Assembly (NCBI RefSeq): GCF_037042905.1
Contig: NC_087252.1
Location: forward strand, 24,182,001 to 24,246,000
Reading direction: 5' to 3'
From: Lytechinus pictus
Lineage: Eukaryota
DNA length: 64,000 bases
This document shows, piece by piece, positions 1 through 12,640 of the stretch; position 1 is the first letter of the stretch; each line of letters begins with the position of its first letter. The notes beneath the pieces are model-generated. The model ran no database searches, had not been told where the DNA came from, and was given only the letters and a program-made list of their open reading frames with translations. The position numbers and the translations under genes were made by a program.

Positions 1-231
1 GCTAACAAAAAGTTGCCAATTTGATTTTCGTTTAATGATTTCCCTAAATTGAATGGCCTTAAAGTTAATTCAGGAATGGCACAATATGACGTGCTGGAAA
101 TGGTATCAACATTTTTAGTACCTCTTTCTCCCTCTTATCATATTCCATGTGTAAGTGCTAGCAATAGGATAAATGTTAATAAAGAGGAAAAAAAAAGTGA
201 TCAATGTGAATCTTCAATTAGTTTCCTCCAG

Positions 232-521
232 GGCCCCGGTCTTACAAAGAGTTACGATTGATCTGATCAATCGCAACTCTTTGGAAATCCATTAATGTCA
301 ATCTTTTTTTATCTGCAGGAAATTTGCACAATGAATATCGTTAACAAGGAGAAGCACTGAATTTTCAAGAAAATGTGAATGTATGAATACTATACAGCAT
401 ACATGTATCTAGAAAATATTTTGAACAAACATGTATGCATTTTTTTATTAGATGTTGGTGTTGCCGGCTTTCCATAGTTGTGGTTGATTGGATCAATTGC
501 AACTCTTTGTAAGACGGGGCC
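232..521. mobile_element. PIF/Harbinger-like MITE, family A (GGCCCCGTCTTACAAAGAGTT TIR), copy 1
   Basis: ~35-bp TIRs ggcccc(g)gtcttacaaagagttacgattgatc / gatcaattgcaactctttgtaagacggggcc; CAG on both flanks (229-231, 522-524); four more copies in the window. Confidence 0.85.
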
Positions 522-1148
522 CAGATACTTTTTCCCTACCAGATTAATTAATTATTCAGCCGATTGTGATAAATTCCATCACACATACAAAAATCTCTTT
601 GCATAATACTGTCCTCCTATTTCTCTTCATCTCCGTTTTTCCTCCTTGACTACCTGCGTTTTCTTGATTAATTCCTTCCGTTGACATTTCTCGCATCCTC
701 TCTTCATCTTCCCCTCTCTCTCTCTCCCACTCCTTCTCTCTCACAAATTGAATTGTCCAGAGCATGGCATACAGCCCTACATGCAATTTGTGAATGGGCT
801 GTAAATGGTTTCCGGATTCAAATTGATTCGCCTCCGACGGACGAGCCGGTGTGTTTCTATTTTGGGGGGCTGGCCGTCGATGAATTATGAATGCGATTAA
901 ATCCATCTCCCAAACCAACTAATGAAAGTGGATGGAGATTGAGAAAGAGAGAGAGAAATAGCAGAGATAACAGAACAGGTAGAGACTAGAAGCCATGTGA
1001 AGGAATGCAAAAGGCTAATATTTATTAACCTATACTGTAGTTACATGTAAAGGAATTGATTTATTGTATGAAAAATTACCTTTTTATTTCACCAAAAACA
1101 AAATTAAAGTGACAGACTTTCTACTGTATTAGGGTGACCTGAAGAGAA

Positions 1149-1326
1149 CGGTGACAAAATATTTGCTCCTGTGGCAATTGCTCTAGGCTTAATTTTGTCT
1201 AAGATGTAGGGTTAGGGTTTTATGTTGGGTTTAGGGTAGGGTATCGTGTTAAACCCAGGGTTGGAGTTTGTCATTCGATTAGTGTGCAGAATTTAGAGCG
1301 GAGTAATTGTCGCCGGAGACAATGTC
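1149..1326 (+). mobile_element. Non-autonomous TIR element with internal degenerate telomere-like (TTAGGG) repeats, copy 1
   Basis: Subterminal inverted motif tttgctcctgtggcaattgctc / gagtaattgtcgccggagacaa; internal gggttaggg-type runs; homologous to 46595-46810 in opposite orientation. Confidence 0.7.
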
Positions 1327-3217
1327 TGTGTAAGGCGCCTTCAAAAAAGGCAATTCAACAACTTGACCTCATTCCTAGTTCCCGCTGTCACCATTTCGCG
1401 CCAAAATAAATCGTGGAGTAATCGTAATAATCGTGAGGTGAGTTGTGGCAATCATGTTGACGGTAGAAAAGTAAAAAGTTTGGACGGATCAAACAAGTTT
1501 GCGATCAGCTACAAAAGGCCAATCGTAAAAAATCGCATGACATTGGGAACAAGGGATCGAAGACCACTTTTCTTGTAGACGATAGTGTTTGAATATAAAT
1601 TGTAATTTCTGTTCATGTTAGATATGTTGCATATATTCTATCACTATAGTGTTTGAATATCGCATTTTCTAGATCAATTTTCTATCCAGGTAAGGAATGC
1701 TTTTAATTTTTTTGAGTAATGTTCTTTATTAATACATGATAGAATTTTGAAAATCCTAAAGCAGTGGAGTAAAGTCATCAAAGAGAGGGAAAGTGAGAGA
1801 AAAACGAAAGAAAGAAAGAGATAGATAGAGACCAAGTTCATGAGAGCAATCGAAGAAAGAGGATTTGTGAAAAAGAAAAATGTCCAGCAAGAGATATTGT
1901 TCAATCAATTCTGGCCATGGAATACTTAGTGAAGGCCTTTATTTTTAGCATGGACAACACTAGTGTAATAAATGCTTTGATCTCCACACAGAAGTACATC
2001 TGTAATTACATGAAGTAAAATATATTGAAATGCCTTGCAAGACAACGGCTTTTGATTTTCATCTCAGGCACAGGAGTAATTTCATAGAAGCCCCCAAAAT
2101 CATTAAAAAAAGATGCCCGTTTGATGCTGAGGTCCCAAAATGTATTGTTATTGTTGTTAGTAACCGTTGGCAATGACCACAGAACGACCCTATCACGTGG
2201 AGCTGCCCCATCCCCTCCACCATGCCCCCATGCCACGCACCCTCGCTCCAAGGCGTTGTCCATAAGAGGCCAATAGTTGGGGTCCAATCAGAGGGAGCTG
2301 GTTCTCCCTTCTTTTCCTCTACGATGGCATTCAGAGTATGCCAAAGTTGTATGAGATGCCATACCGGTCTTCTTTTGATTTGATAGTCTGAGAAACAGAC
2401 CCCGTTATGCAGGTCCGTGGCTGCTAAATGGGTGCTTGACGATGAAGCAGACACTATTGGGCACTATTGTGTCTGCAGTGACCTATTGAATATGTTGGTT
2501 CTACATTGTAAGACTATGATTTTGGCTTGCATTTATTACTGAGTTTAATTGCTTGGCAATCAATCAGAAACAATTTTGTGTAATATTACACAAGTCATAT
2601 TTTACACAAAGTCATAGACCATATTTTTCCCCATATATTAAAAAAAATGCAATGAAACATTTTATTTTCCAATTAATGTTCTTTTTGTATTTCTCATTAC
2701 AAAATTAAATATGGTTGAAATTCGAAATGTCATTCGAAACAAATATCAAAATCGAATCATTGCTATCCATGAGGATTTTTAAGAAATAATTATTTCCATT
2801 TGTTGTGCAAAATTGAGTGAATTTTCAATTCAGATGGGGGGGGGAATGAAATAAATAAAGATTGGTCATTTGCTAATCAAGGATGAAATATTTAGAATCT
2901 TTCAAGTATACAGTATATAATTTATATATTATAATGAATATAAATTGATGAAAAGTGAAGTTTTAGGATCTTGGAGTGGCTATTTTGGTGCAATTTTTGC
3001 TTGTGGTTCAATCCCAACGAGAAGGCTTCATAAATTCATTATTCATTCCATGGACTATCAATTCTCATTAGATCTCCCATCCGTCTGAGCGCCACCATCG
3101 ATTAAGCTCAGACCACTCGTCAAATCGCCCGTTATTAAGAAGTCCTCTCAGATGAGACCACAACGAGGGAGATTAAGACTTCTGACAAGATGGGATTTTT
3201 TTTTGGGGGGGGCAATG

Positions 3218-3590
3218 ATCATGAAAATTTGCTTGTTTTTGTTTCATTCATTCAAACCTCAAAATCTTGTCCCTTTTCTTCTTTATTTTTAAAACCCTGC
3301 CAACCTGTCTCTTTTCATCCGTCTGTCTGTCCTCTCTCTGTCTTCCCCCTCTCTTTATCTCTCTCTCTCTGTCATTTATTCTCTCCATCTTTTGCAATGA
3401 GGTTTTGAAGCTACTAATGTCATCATGAAAGTCATGATAATTTGCTTGTTTTCGTGTCATTCATTCACGCCTCAAAAATCAAAATCTTCTCCCTTTTTTT
3501 CTTCATTTTTAAAACCCTGCCAAGCTCTTTATCTGTCTGTCTTTCCCCCTCTCTTTATCTCTCTCTCTGTCGTTTCTTCTCTCCATCATC
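3218..3590. repeat. Diverged tandem duplication, ~215-bp unit x2
   Basis: tcatga.aatttgcttgttt...tcattcattca...ttttaaaaccctgccaa occurs at ~3218 and ~3433. Confidence 0.8.
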
Positions 3591-3698
3591 ACATCCCTCC
3601 ATCTCCCTTTCACTCCCTCTATTATCCCTTCTTAAACCATCTTCCCTCCCCTTTATCTACCACGAGCCCAGGGAGGGGGAATCTCTTCGCCCCTGCTC

Positions 3699-3901
3699 TG
3701 ACGTCACAAACCTCATGCTTTGAACTGCGTCCTACAAATGCACGGATGACGTCAAACAGTTCATGATGTATCTAACCGGTCGCCGTGGCGATGGCGTCAC
3801 CAAGAGTTGAAGGCTTGTCAAGAATGTTTTAGGACGTATCATGTTTTATCTTGTCTCGTAAGGTTCGTCTGGGCAGTATTTCTTGACAGCTTACGACGTC
3901 A
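3699..3901. promoter_or_regulatory. Cluster of CRE/ATF motifs (candidate enhancer)
   Basis: Perfect TGACGTCA at 3699-3706 and 3747-3754; one-mismatch TGGCGTCA 3792-3799 and CGACGTCA 3894-3901, in unique sequence. Confidence 0.4.
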
Positions 3902-4039
3902 CGGTACCCCCAAAGCACATTCACATCATAATACCCAATCCATTTGGCCCATTACATATTAAAATGAAGAAGCCAAAGTTGGTTCACCTTATATGGTAGT
4001 GTGCAATAATTTTCACTCTCACTCTGAAGAAAGAAAATA

Positions 4040-4583
4040 GCCCTGTTGCATAAAGGTTACTATTATGTAACTTTGCCATCAAATGGTAACTACCATGGTA
4101 ACGAGTCTAACGACGCTCAACAGCCAATCAAATTCAAGGATTCCAAGCAAGTTACCATTGCATGGCAACTTAATAATGGTAACTTTTAGCAGGGATCCAC
4201 ACCGACCCCTTTTTCTACTGGTCCAACCTGTTCATGTCCAGCCAGTAGACACCCGGTTTTTTCCATGTTTTACTGGCCCAAACCTAAAATTTATTGGTCC
4301 CCCAAAACATAAAAAAAAGTTTATTTTGATGTCTTTTATCGCTTTTTTGCCCCCTAAAAAAAACCCATACAAACAAACAGTACACACACACCTAATGCAT
4401 GAGAGCCATTTTTAAAGATGCAAATGCCATTTTTATAATTTACAAAGAGGAAAAATATCAGTTTGATATATTTTTTACTTGTTATGTCGGACCAGAAAAG
4501 TTACTGGACTGACACCAATTTTTACTGGTCTGCAACCGCCGGACCGGTGCCAGTGTTGTGCACTGCTTTTAGACAGCAGGGCC
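4040..4583. mobile_element. Harbinger-like MITE interrupted by a nested insertion
   Basis: Left end gccctgttgcataaaggttac; right end gtaactttta[insert]...cagcagggc; uninterrupted homologous right half at ~52885-52965 (agccaatca...gcaagttaccatt...ttttatgcaacggggccc). Confidence 0.7.
4190..4565. mobile_element. hAT-like non-autonomous element nested in the MITE
   Basis: Imperfect TIR CAGGGATCCACAC / GTGTTGTGCACTG; flanked by direct repeat CTTTTAG (4183-4189, 4566-4572); repeated subterminal TTACTGG(T/C)C motifs. Confidence 0.65.
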
Positions 4584-6258
4584 CTTTTTCAAAATTTTCA
4601 AAAAACCTGAATACGTCTAGTTACCACATAATTACATAGCCCATAGGAAAAGGTGATGAGTATTCAGGGCGGTGGGGGGGGGGGGGATCAGGCCCAGTTT
4701 AATACTGACCAACAATACAATTCATTGATATTTCTTTTCTGTGAGGTCTATTTTGCAGATTTGACAAGAGATGTTTAAAATCTTTGCTATCAAAAGAGAA
4801 GTTTACCTTCGTGTTATATTGGATTTTATCAGGATTTGAGCTTACTGGAGATTTTTTTTTTAAATGCAACTCTTTCAGCAATAAAAAAACACTTCAGAAA
4901 AAGTTAAGAGTGAACATATGGCAAAAATAACCACAAATAATGATTAATTGAAAATCTGAAGGAAAAAGTTTGATTTATATGATATGAAATATCTAGATAT
5001 AGAAAATCATTATCATGAAAAACATCTTAAAATGGACACTCACTTTGAGTCAAGAAAGAGCATATTACCTAAATTATGTCTTTTAAATGTCCTTTAATAA
5101 AAGGACTATGATGTAAAACAGCTGTTGCTGATCATGCTTTTATCCTGTATAAATATGTTCAAATCTATAGAATTTTTGAAGTATTACCAAAACGACAAGA
5201 AAACTGCTCAATTTATGAGGGGATAGATTCCAGCTAGATGCGAGGATAGATTCCAACCAAATATAGAGCTATGGTAAATTGGTAATTGTATATCATACCA
5301 CTTTTAACTCTAGAGTAAAAAAAAAAATTCTCTTTCAATCAATGATTCCAGGCTAAATATTCAACCAACGTCAATAAGATTCTCTCCAATTCTTTTTTTA
5401 GGAAAAAGCTCCTTCTAAAATTACCTACAAGAATGCACGAGCGATATCCTAGATAATCTGCACAATAAACCCTTATTCTTATCATAACTGCTAAGAACAA
5501 CTTTGAAGAGATACAAGTATCTATGACATGAGAGCACGTTTGAAAAGTACGTCACAAACTGCCAGTTCGGGATTAAGCACTACGCACTCATGACGTTTTG
5601 GAATGCGAGAGCTACGTAAAACATCTTCTTCTTTTGTCGTAATTATTATTCATCTTGATTTCCTAACGTTCAAGAAAACTGAATAGATTACAATATCAAA
5701 TGTAAGCTTTGAGAATATTACAAGCACACATCAATGCCACGGGATGAGTTCTCCAAGGCTCCCATGTAATATCATATTATCAATATTTCTTTCAAATTGC
5801 ATCAATCTTATGTTTGTTTCTTCTTCCTTTTTTTTACCCCTTAAAGTAATTTGCACAAATCAGATTTGTTTTCTGAAAATGATCCAAAAAGGGAACGTTT
5901 TTCAAAACATATAGGCTCACAAGGTATATTTTAGAGCTAATCCGCATTTCAAAACAGGCTTCAAATGCCTTTAATTTTCATGAATATGTTAAGCTGATAC
6001 AGCCACGTACGTCTCAAAATCGGACTGAATTCTTAATTGCCAAGTCTACTACTGTGGCCTTTAAGCACAAAATTCACACGGACCACGGAAAGATTCTGAT
6101 TTGGAAAAGGCCTTTATCAAAGGAAAAACACTATCATTAGAGATTGGAAATACCAATTTCCTTCCAGACAATATCTACCTGCTCCTTCCTAATCACAAGA
6201 AAATTGAGGGTAAAAAGTACAGAGCAAACAGACCTGGAAAATACCCCCCCCCCCCCCC

Positions 6259-6289
<31 letters not shown>

Positions 6290-6983
6290 AAAGAAACAAA
6301 ATACACTTGATTGTATATTTGCCATCAATAGCAACATGCATGGTTCGAAAGACAAGCAAAAATAAATATTTTTATCAGTTTAAAGGAAAAGTGCCAATCA
6401 TTTTCTTTATTATTAAATATCATGAAACAGGGGCCAGGATAAATTCATATTAAGTGGGACTATTAAAGAAGAAGAAAAAAGAAACAAGAATGTGGAAAAG
6501 AAGATGAACAAAGATAACAAAGAGCAAAACAAAATCAAACAAGAATGAATAGAACAAACAAGAAAATGAGAAAAGTTGTAAGTGTATTAAAGTGTCTCTT
6601 CATATCAGCTAGTCATACTATCAATTGGGCAATTTTGGTATTAGAGGGCCCATAGCAGAAAGACTTGTGTTTAATGTAATTTTTCAAAATCAAAGTCACC
6701 AATATACGCTTCTGGTTGATTGACTGATTTAAGTTTAAACACACTACAAAATAATGTGTCATACTGTATAAGTGTCTGAATATTTAAATCTGTTTCAAAA
6801 CCCTATGATTTGGTATGATTTGTTTTCTTAATGTTATTTATATGATCTAATAATTGAATTACAAAGGAAATGGAGAATCAAGTTGTAATCGATATGAACT
6901 CTTTGTGCAACTGTTCCAGGAACCATCTAACAAAATCGAAAGGGGAAAGAAAGCAGAAAGTTAAAAAAAAAAACCTTAATCAA

Positions 6984-7112
6984 GGTCCGGTAACACAAAG
7001 GTTAGCGATTGATTGTACGCTTGATTTCTACGATTGATTGTACATTGTAGTCAATGGAATCAATCGTCGAAAAATGTTCTACGATCGTTGTTAAGCTTTG
7101 TGTTACGGGCCC
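6984..7112. mobile_element. Short Harbinger-like hairpin MITE related to family A
   Basis: TIR ggtccggtaacacaaaggttagcgat / atcgttgttaagctttgtgttacgggccc; largely palindromic. Confidence 0.7.
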
Positions 7113-7748
7113 CTGTAGGTACACAGGTTCGGACAAAAAGATTATTTATCACGGAACAGGTGTACGTTGCGGAAGATGGAATCAATTTTGTCAACACTTA
7201 CCTCGATTAACGAGAACGATTCCTTGCCCGGGGTTAGGCCACTTTACATGTGAAAAACCTGGAGGGAAGAAGTTTAAAAAGACAAGAAAGAAAATAAACA
7301 TTAGAGAAACATACTTCTAATCTCAAACCAAAATTTACACCTGAAATTGTGATGGGCTTTCAATTATCATCAGCAAAAAAAGCTTAATAGCTTGTGGCTT
7401 GAGAATTTCTTGGTAAAATACCTGGAAACTTGACTAAAATTTCTTCATCAATATTTCAGGGGAAAAATTAGGGCAATTTTGCTCCCAAATGCTCAAAAGA
7501 GCAATGGAAAGTACAAAACAAGCCCTGGAAAACTCCCATTCATTGCATTGTTAAAAGATTATCCAATATTACACATTTTTTTTTGGGCAGTCAGTTGTCA
7601 GAATCGGCCCCCAGAAAAAAAAATCTACGCAACCCCTTATCTATGTAATATAGCATCTTGATTGTCAAGATGGCCTCATAGGCTTTATGCTTCAAGTTTC
7701 AACAACCAAGAATGCAACCAGGAACGTAAAAAAAAAAATCATCATTAA

Positions 7749-8142
7749 AGAGAAATTCCAGTAGTTGCAGTAAACACTAATTTCATGAGAAAGTCTGTAA
7801 AACCAGGCTTAATTGTCAGTATATCATCGAGGATCTAGATTTGGTACAGTTACATAAACTGAACTTCGTGAAATCTTGAAATCTACGCTGAAAAATGTTC
7901 ACACTGAAGATCACCAACACAGATAGGCACACGTGGGACAGTGTATTATTATTGCTGGAATAAAGACCCGACGGAAGTGACCGAATCCGCGCTGATTTTG
8001 CTTATTTCTCAGCAATTACACAATTTCTTCCAGAATCCTTTGGCACATATTTTTTATTCATACAAACAGACACTTGGGTGGTCATTATGTTAGATTCTGT
8101 AAAAAGTCATTTTGAGATCGTTACCAAAACTGGAATTTATCT
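7749..8142 (+). mobile_element. Kolobok-like MITE (TTAA TSD), family K1, intact copy
   Basis: TTAA|AGAGAAATTCCAG ... CTGGAATTTATCT|TTAA; closely similar second copy at 44264-45470; TTAA TSD with AG termini fits Kolobok rather than piggyBac (CC termini). Confidence 0.85.
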
Positions 8143-10123
8143 TTAAAATCAGCAAATCAGAAAGATTTACAGGTTAAACAAGAATCAGTCAAGATCTACA
8201 ACAGGTAACCTGTGCTTGAAGATGACACCATACTCTAGCAAAATAAAAAAAAGAATACACTTTTCATGGAAAATTTCCATTGGAAATCATGACTAAATAA
8301 TTAAATAGCCATTGTGTGATCAAGTATCTGCATGTGGTATGCATGGAAGGGGACACAAGGGGACAGATTTGATATGAGGCACCAAACTACAAATCAGATA
8401 TTTATCACAATCCCGTCTGTCCTTCCAAATATTTCCATTTGCCCTTGTCTTCCACTTCTCATTTCCGCCCGACGCATGAATCCCGGATTTGATACGAGTC
8501 GTTGGGCGCGATATTAGAGACTTCCTCCGCTCGTCGGATGTGAATATCGCCCCGATGCGCAACCGAGCACTTCTAATGAAGCAATATACATTGTCGTCTG
8601 ACTGAGGGTGTAACTAACGTCTGCGTTCTTTTCATTACCAATGAGAGGCAGAGGGATGTAAGCAATAAACAAAGTCGGAGCGTGGGATAATGGCGATTCC
8701 AGACACAGAAATATCTATTTTCTGGAGGACCCGGCCTTTGGTAGACAATTGTGCGTTGAGTACTTTATCAGACTTGCATTGCTGTGGAGCTTAACTCCAC
8801 AAAAAAATAATAAAAGGCAAAACTAAATGAGGCATTGGGTTTCATTCAAAATATTGTCTTGGAGCTGTTTAAGAAAAAATATGGGTCATGGTTAAGTGTA
8901 CTGTTAAAATTGAAGTTTTAGATGTCAAAATGCATAAGTGGGAAAAGGTGGGTGTGGTCTTCTGATGCTAGCATGCAAAAACCCCTCAATAATGGTATGC
9001 TTGTATATTGTTCACACTCTTTCGCAAGATTGATTTTGAAGGAATACTTTCTCAAAATTTTGCTATCAGTAATGTTCCTTATATCAGTTAAAATGGATTT
9101 AAGACTAAAAACTATATATATATATGTATTCATGTCTTCAACTGCAGTCCCCCCCCCCCCACATGCCATCTCACTCATAAACTCGCCCCCACTTATATCT
9201 TTTATTCCTTTTCTGTTCCTCTAGCTCTTTCTATCTTTGTGTTTCTCTTGCTCTTTCCTTTTCCTTTCTCCCTCTCCCCAATTCCTTCATCCCCCCCCCC
9301 CTCTACGACAAGTACTCTCTGTAACTAGTATTATTTTAAAACGTGTATCACAGCTTGCGTGTCTTTCTTTTAATATCTCTCAAACTCTATCTTTTTAAAT
9401 TTATATAAAACTACAACTACATCTAGAGTAGATGTAAACACATTGTAACAACACAGGAGAAACAAACTGTTTAAAAAATACGGCAAAGCCCTGTAAAAAA
9501 ACAAAGATGCTCAGTCCTAAAATGTCAAAAGGCAAGGGCACTATTTTATGGGGCAAATTTCTATATACAGCGCAAATGGCCCCCAAAATTAAAGGGCATC
9601 AAAATAATCAAGGAAAAAGGAGAGGGAAATTGAGGCTAATAATCAATAGGGCATATCCCAGGCCATGGCTTCCATGTACATGTAGGTGGCCTTTGAATTA
9701 AGCCAATAAAACCCAAGGGCAAAAATCTCTCCCCAATGGTAGGGGGGTCCACGGGCTGAAAAAGTTGACAAGCTAAAAAATATATAATAAAAAAAATAAT
9801 AATAAATAAATAGTTATCACCCCTAAAAGTAAGGTCATCTCATCCAAAATACATATTTTATTTCGATTTTAAATGATGTATTTCTTTCCATCGTAAAAGA
9901 CCAAAATAGTAGAGAAGACATAATATTGTGTCCCCCCTACTATTTTGGGAGGGGGACGCGTCCTCCCTGTCCGCCCTGGGATTTCCGCCCACGTATAAAC
10001 CTACATTTTTTATAACTTGTTATCATAGACTGCAAAGTCGAGGGTGTATTGACATTCAATGCAAACCAATTCTACACACACCGATCTAAGGAAGATGTGA
10101 ACATGGTGCCATATGAAATCCTT

Positions 10124-10415
10124 GGCCCCGTCTTACAAAGAGTTACGATTGACCCGATCGACCTCAAATATATGGAAATCCATCAATGTCATAATTTTTT
10201 TCTACAGGAAATTTGCACAATGTCCTTTCAGACTCCTTTGTAAACAAAGGAAAGCACACTGAATTTTTCAAGAAAACGATGCATGTATGAATACTTAAAT
10301 AGACTTTAAAAAGTAGAAAATAATTTGAACAAACGCGTATTTCAGATTTTGATATTGCTGGCTTTCCATGGTTGTGGTTGATCGGATCAATCGCAACTCT
10401 TTGCAAGACGGGGCC
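10124..10415. mobile_element. Harbinger-like MITE family A, copy 2
   Basis: ggccccgtcttacaaagagttacgattga ... tcaatcgcaactctttgcaagacggggcc|cag; body alignable to 232-521. Confidence 0.85.
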
Positions 10416-10499
10416 CAGATTTGATTGCTGGCTTCCCTTTCCATAGTTTTCTCGTCCCAATCCCTGTATAGTATGCTCTCACAAGTAACCCCCCTCCTG

Positions 10500-11080
10500 A
10501 TTTTTGATTTACTTGACACCCCCTACCCCTTTTTTCCCTCCTCATAATCCCTCATGCCCCCTCCCTGTCTCTCTCCCCCTGCTCCATTACCTATCTCCAT
10601 CTCACTGATGCAGTACGTTTATCTTTTAATCTTATATGCTCTCCATCCCTAGTCATTCTCTCTTTCCTTCTTTATCCTCCCTCTCTCTCTCTCTATCTCT
10701 TATACACTATTATAATCTTACACTCTATTCCTCATCTTTATCGTTTCACTCACCCTCTTTCATAGTCTCTCCATCTCATCCCTCTCATCCTGACCCATTT
10801 CCTATACTGGCCTCCTCTCCCTTATCCTCCCACCCCCAACCTCTCTCTCTCCCTCTTTCTCTTATACACTTTATTTCTCTCATCTTTATCATACCCTCCC
10901 CCACTCTCTCCATCTCTCATCCTGCATGACCCATTTCATGTACTGGCCTTCTCTCTCCTTTATCCTCTCTCTCTTATACACTATCTATTTAATAAACTTA
11001 ATTCCTTATCTTTATCATTCCCGCCCTCTCTCTCTCCATTTCACCTTCTCTCGTCCTGACCCATTTCCTATACTTGCCTG
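10500..11080. repeat. Pyrimidine-rich low-complexity tract with degenerate ~135-bp tandem units
   Basis: tgacccatttc...tact(g/t)gcc recurs at ~10791, ~10927, ~11058; tcttatacact recurs three times. Confidence 0.65.
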
Positions 11081-11824
11081 GTACTAACCAGGACCTGGGA
11101 CTTCACCGCCGATTGACATACCGGGCCCCTATCCCATATGCTTTTCATCTTCATTAGTGTATAAAACATCCCCATACCTTTCCTGGAGGTCCTTTCACAT
11201 ATGACGAGTGAACCACTTCACCTATTGCATCAACCCTTTTTTTTCTCTCCATTATTCCATGTCATCACTGAGCATCAAACATGTACTCAACTACAGATGC
11301 TATTTAAAATGACAAAAACACCAGCAATCATTTTTCGACATTATACAGAATCAAATGTTATCACCTACAAAAAACTTTTGCAAGATAAATGCCCAGCAAA
11401 CATGTTATTGGAATCAAGAAATGGAAAAACGTTTCACATCTGCACACAGAAATTTAATTTAATAGTCTGAACAAAGTTGTGTAATAAACAAACCAAACTC
11501 TGGTGGAAGTTGGTCCAACTTTGAAATAAGTTTTACACAAAATAAAAATCAATAAAGCCTTTTAATAAGCTGGAGCTTATGATTCCTTCTTACGATGTCC
11601 TTCAATGCAGATGATGTAGACAACATTGGAGCATTTTGAGAAACAAATGTTATAAGCTACCAAAATCCTTGCCTCTGATTGGCTAAGAGCAAATTTGGCA
11701 GTGAAAATCCTGTTTCATGAAACACTCCACACACTATAAAACACTTGAAGGGAAGTCCACTGCATGCCTTTAGATGCAGGTCACGTTGTCCCAGGCTTTT
11801 GTGGGAGAGGGGGCGACTAAAAGC

Positions 11825-12084
11825 TTTTATTTGTACCCCAGAATTACCTACTTCTTGAGTAGATTCTGTTTCGAACTCTTAACTGTCCACAGGAATGGTA
11901 TTTTCTTGGATTTTACTTTGATAGAACTTGGGTTGAAGTTATAGTTACATTTTATTTTATTTGTACCCCAGAATTACCTACTTCTTGAGTAGATTCTGTT
12001 TTGAACTCTTAACTGTCCACAGGAATGGTATTTTCTTGGATTTTACTTTGATAGAACTGGGGTTGAAGTTATAGTTGCATTTTT
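11825..12084. repeat. Near-perfect tandem duplication, 130-bp unit x2
   Basis: ttgtaccccagaattacc starts at 11831 and 11961; about 3 substitutions between units. Confidence 0.95.
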
Positions 12085-12640
12085 AAAGCTTTCCGCTCAA
12101 TGTTTTCTACGGTCATTCATTTCTCATCTATTTTTTTTTTTTATCATGCCTGCCAACTGTTATGGCTGTTTTTTTAAATTTCATTTTGTTACATTTTTGG
12201 GGCAAAAAGCGAACAGTGTTGTCCTGCTTTTTTCCCGATTGAAACATACTTTCCCATCTATTTATCTTTAGTTCTCTTTCTGCTTCTCTCTATTACCCCC
12301 TCTCCTCTTCTACTTTCACAGACTCCCTCCCTCCCTCTTGGTCTCATCTTTCTTTAATATGTCTCCCTATTTCTCCCTGTCTCCAGATTGCATCCTGCTT
12401 TTCTCTCTTCCTTGCTATCTTCCTCCCTCCCCCTTTCTAGCTCCATCTCTGTCTTCCCTTCCATTCTCTCATGCCCACATTCTCTCCATCCTTTGCCCCC
12501 CCCCTCTCTGCCTCCGTCCCCTCTGTGCAACCTGTCAGCATCAGTTCATCTTCCCTACCCACCTGTCACATCGAGGTGTGCTAAATTATCATTCTCAAAG
12601 TCAAGAACAAACAAGGATGCGAGTTCATTCGGCGGGCAAG

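Noticed and set aside
9480..9993. GGGCA/TGCCC-rich and CAGG..CCTG fragments (also ~16470-16600, 36709-36827, 43700-43950, 60400-60570, 62536-62759)
   Set aside because: Probably old hAT-type MITE relics, but I could not establish paired termini or TSDs
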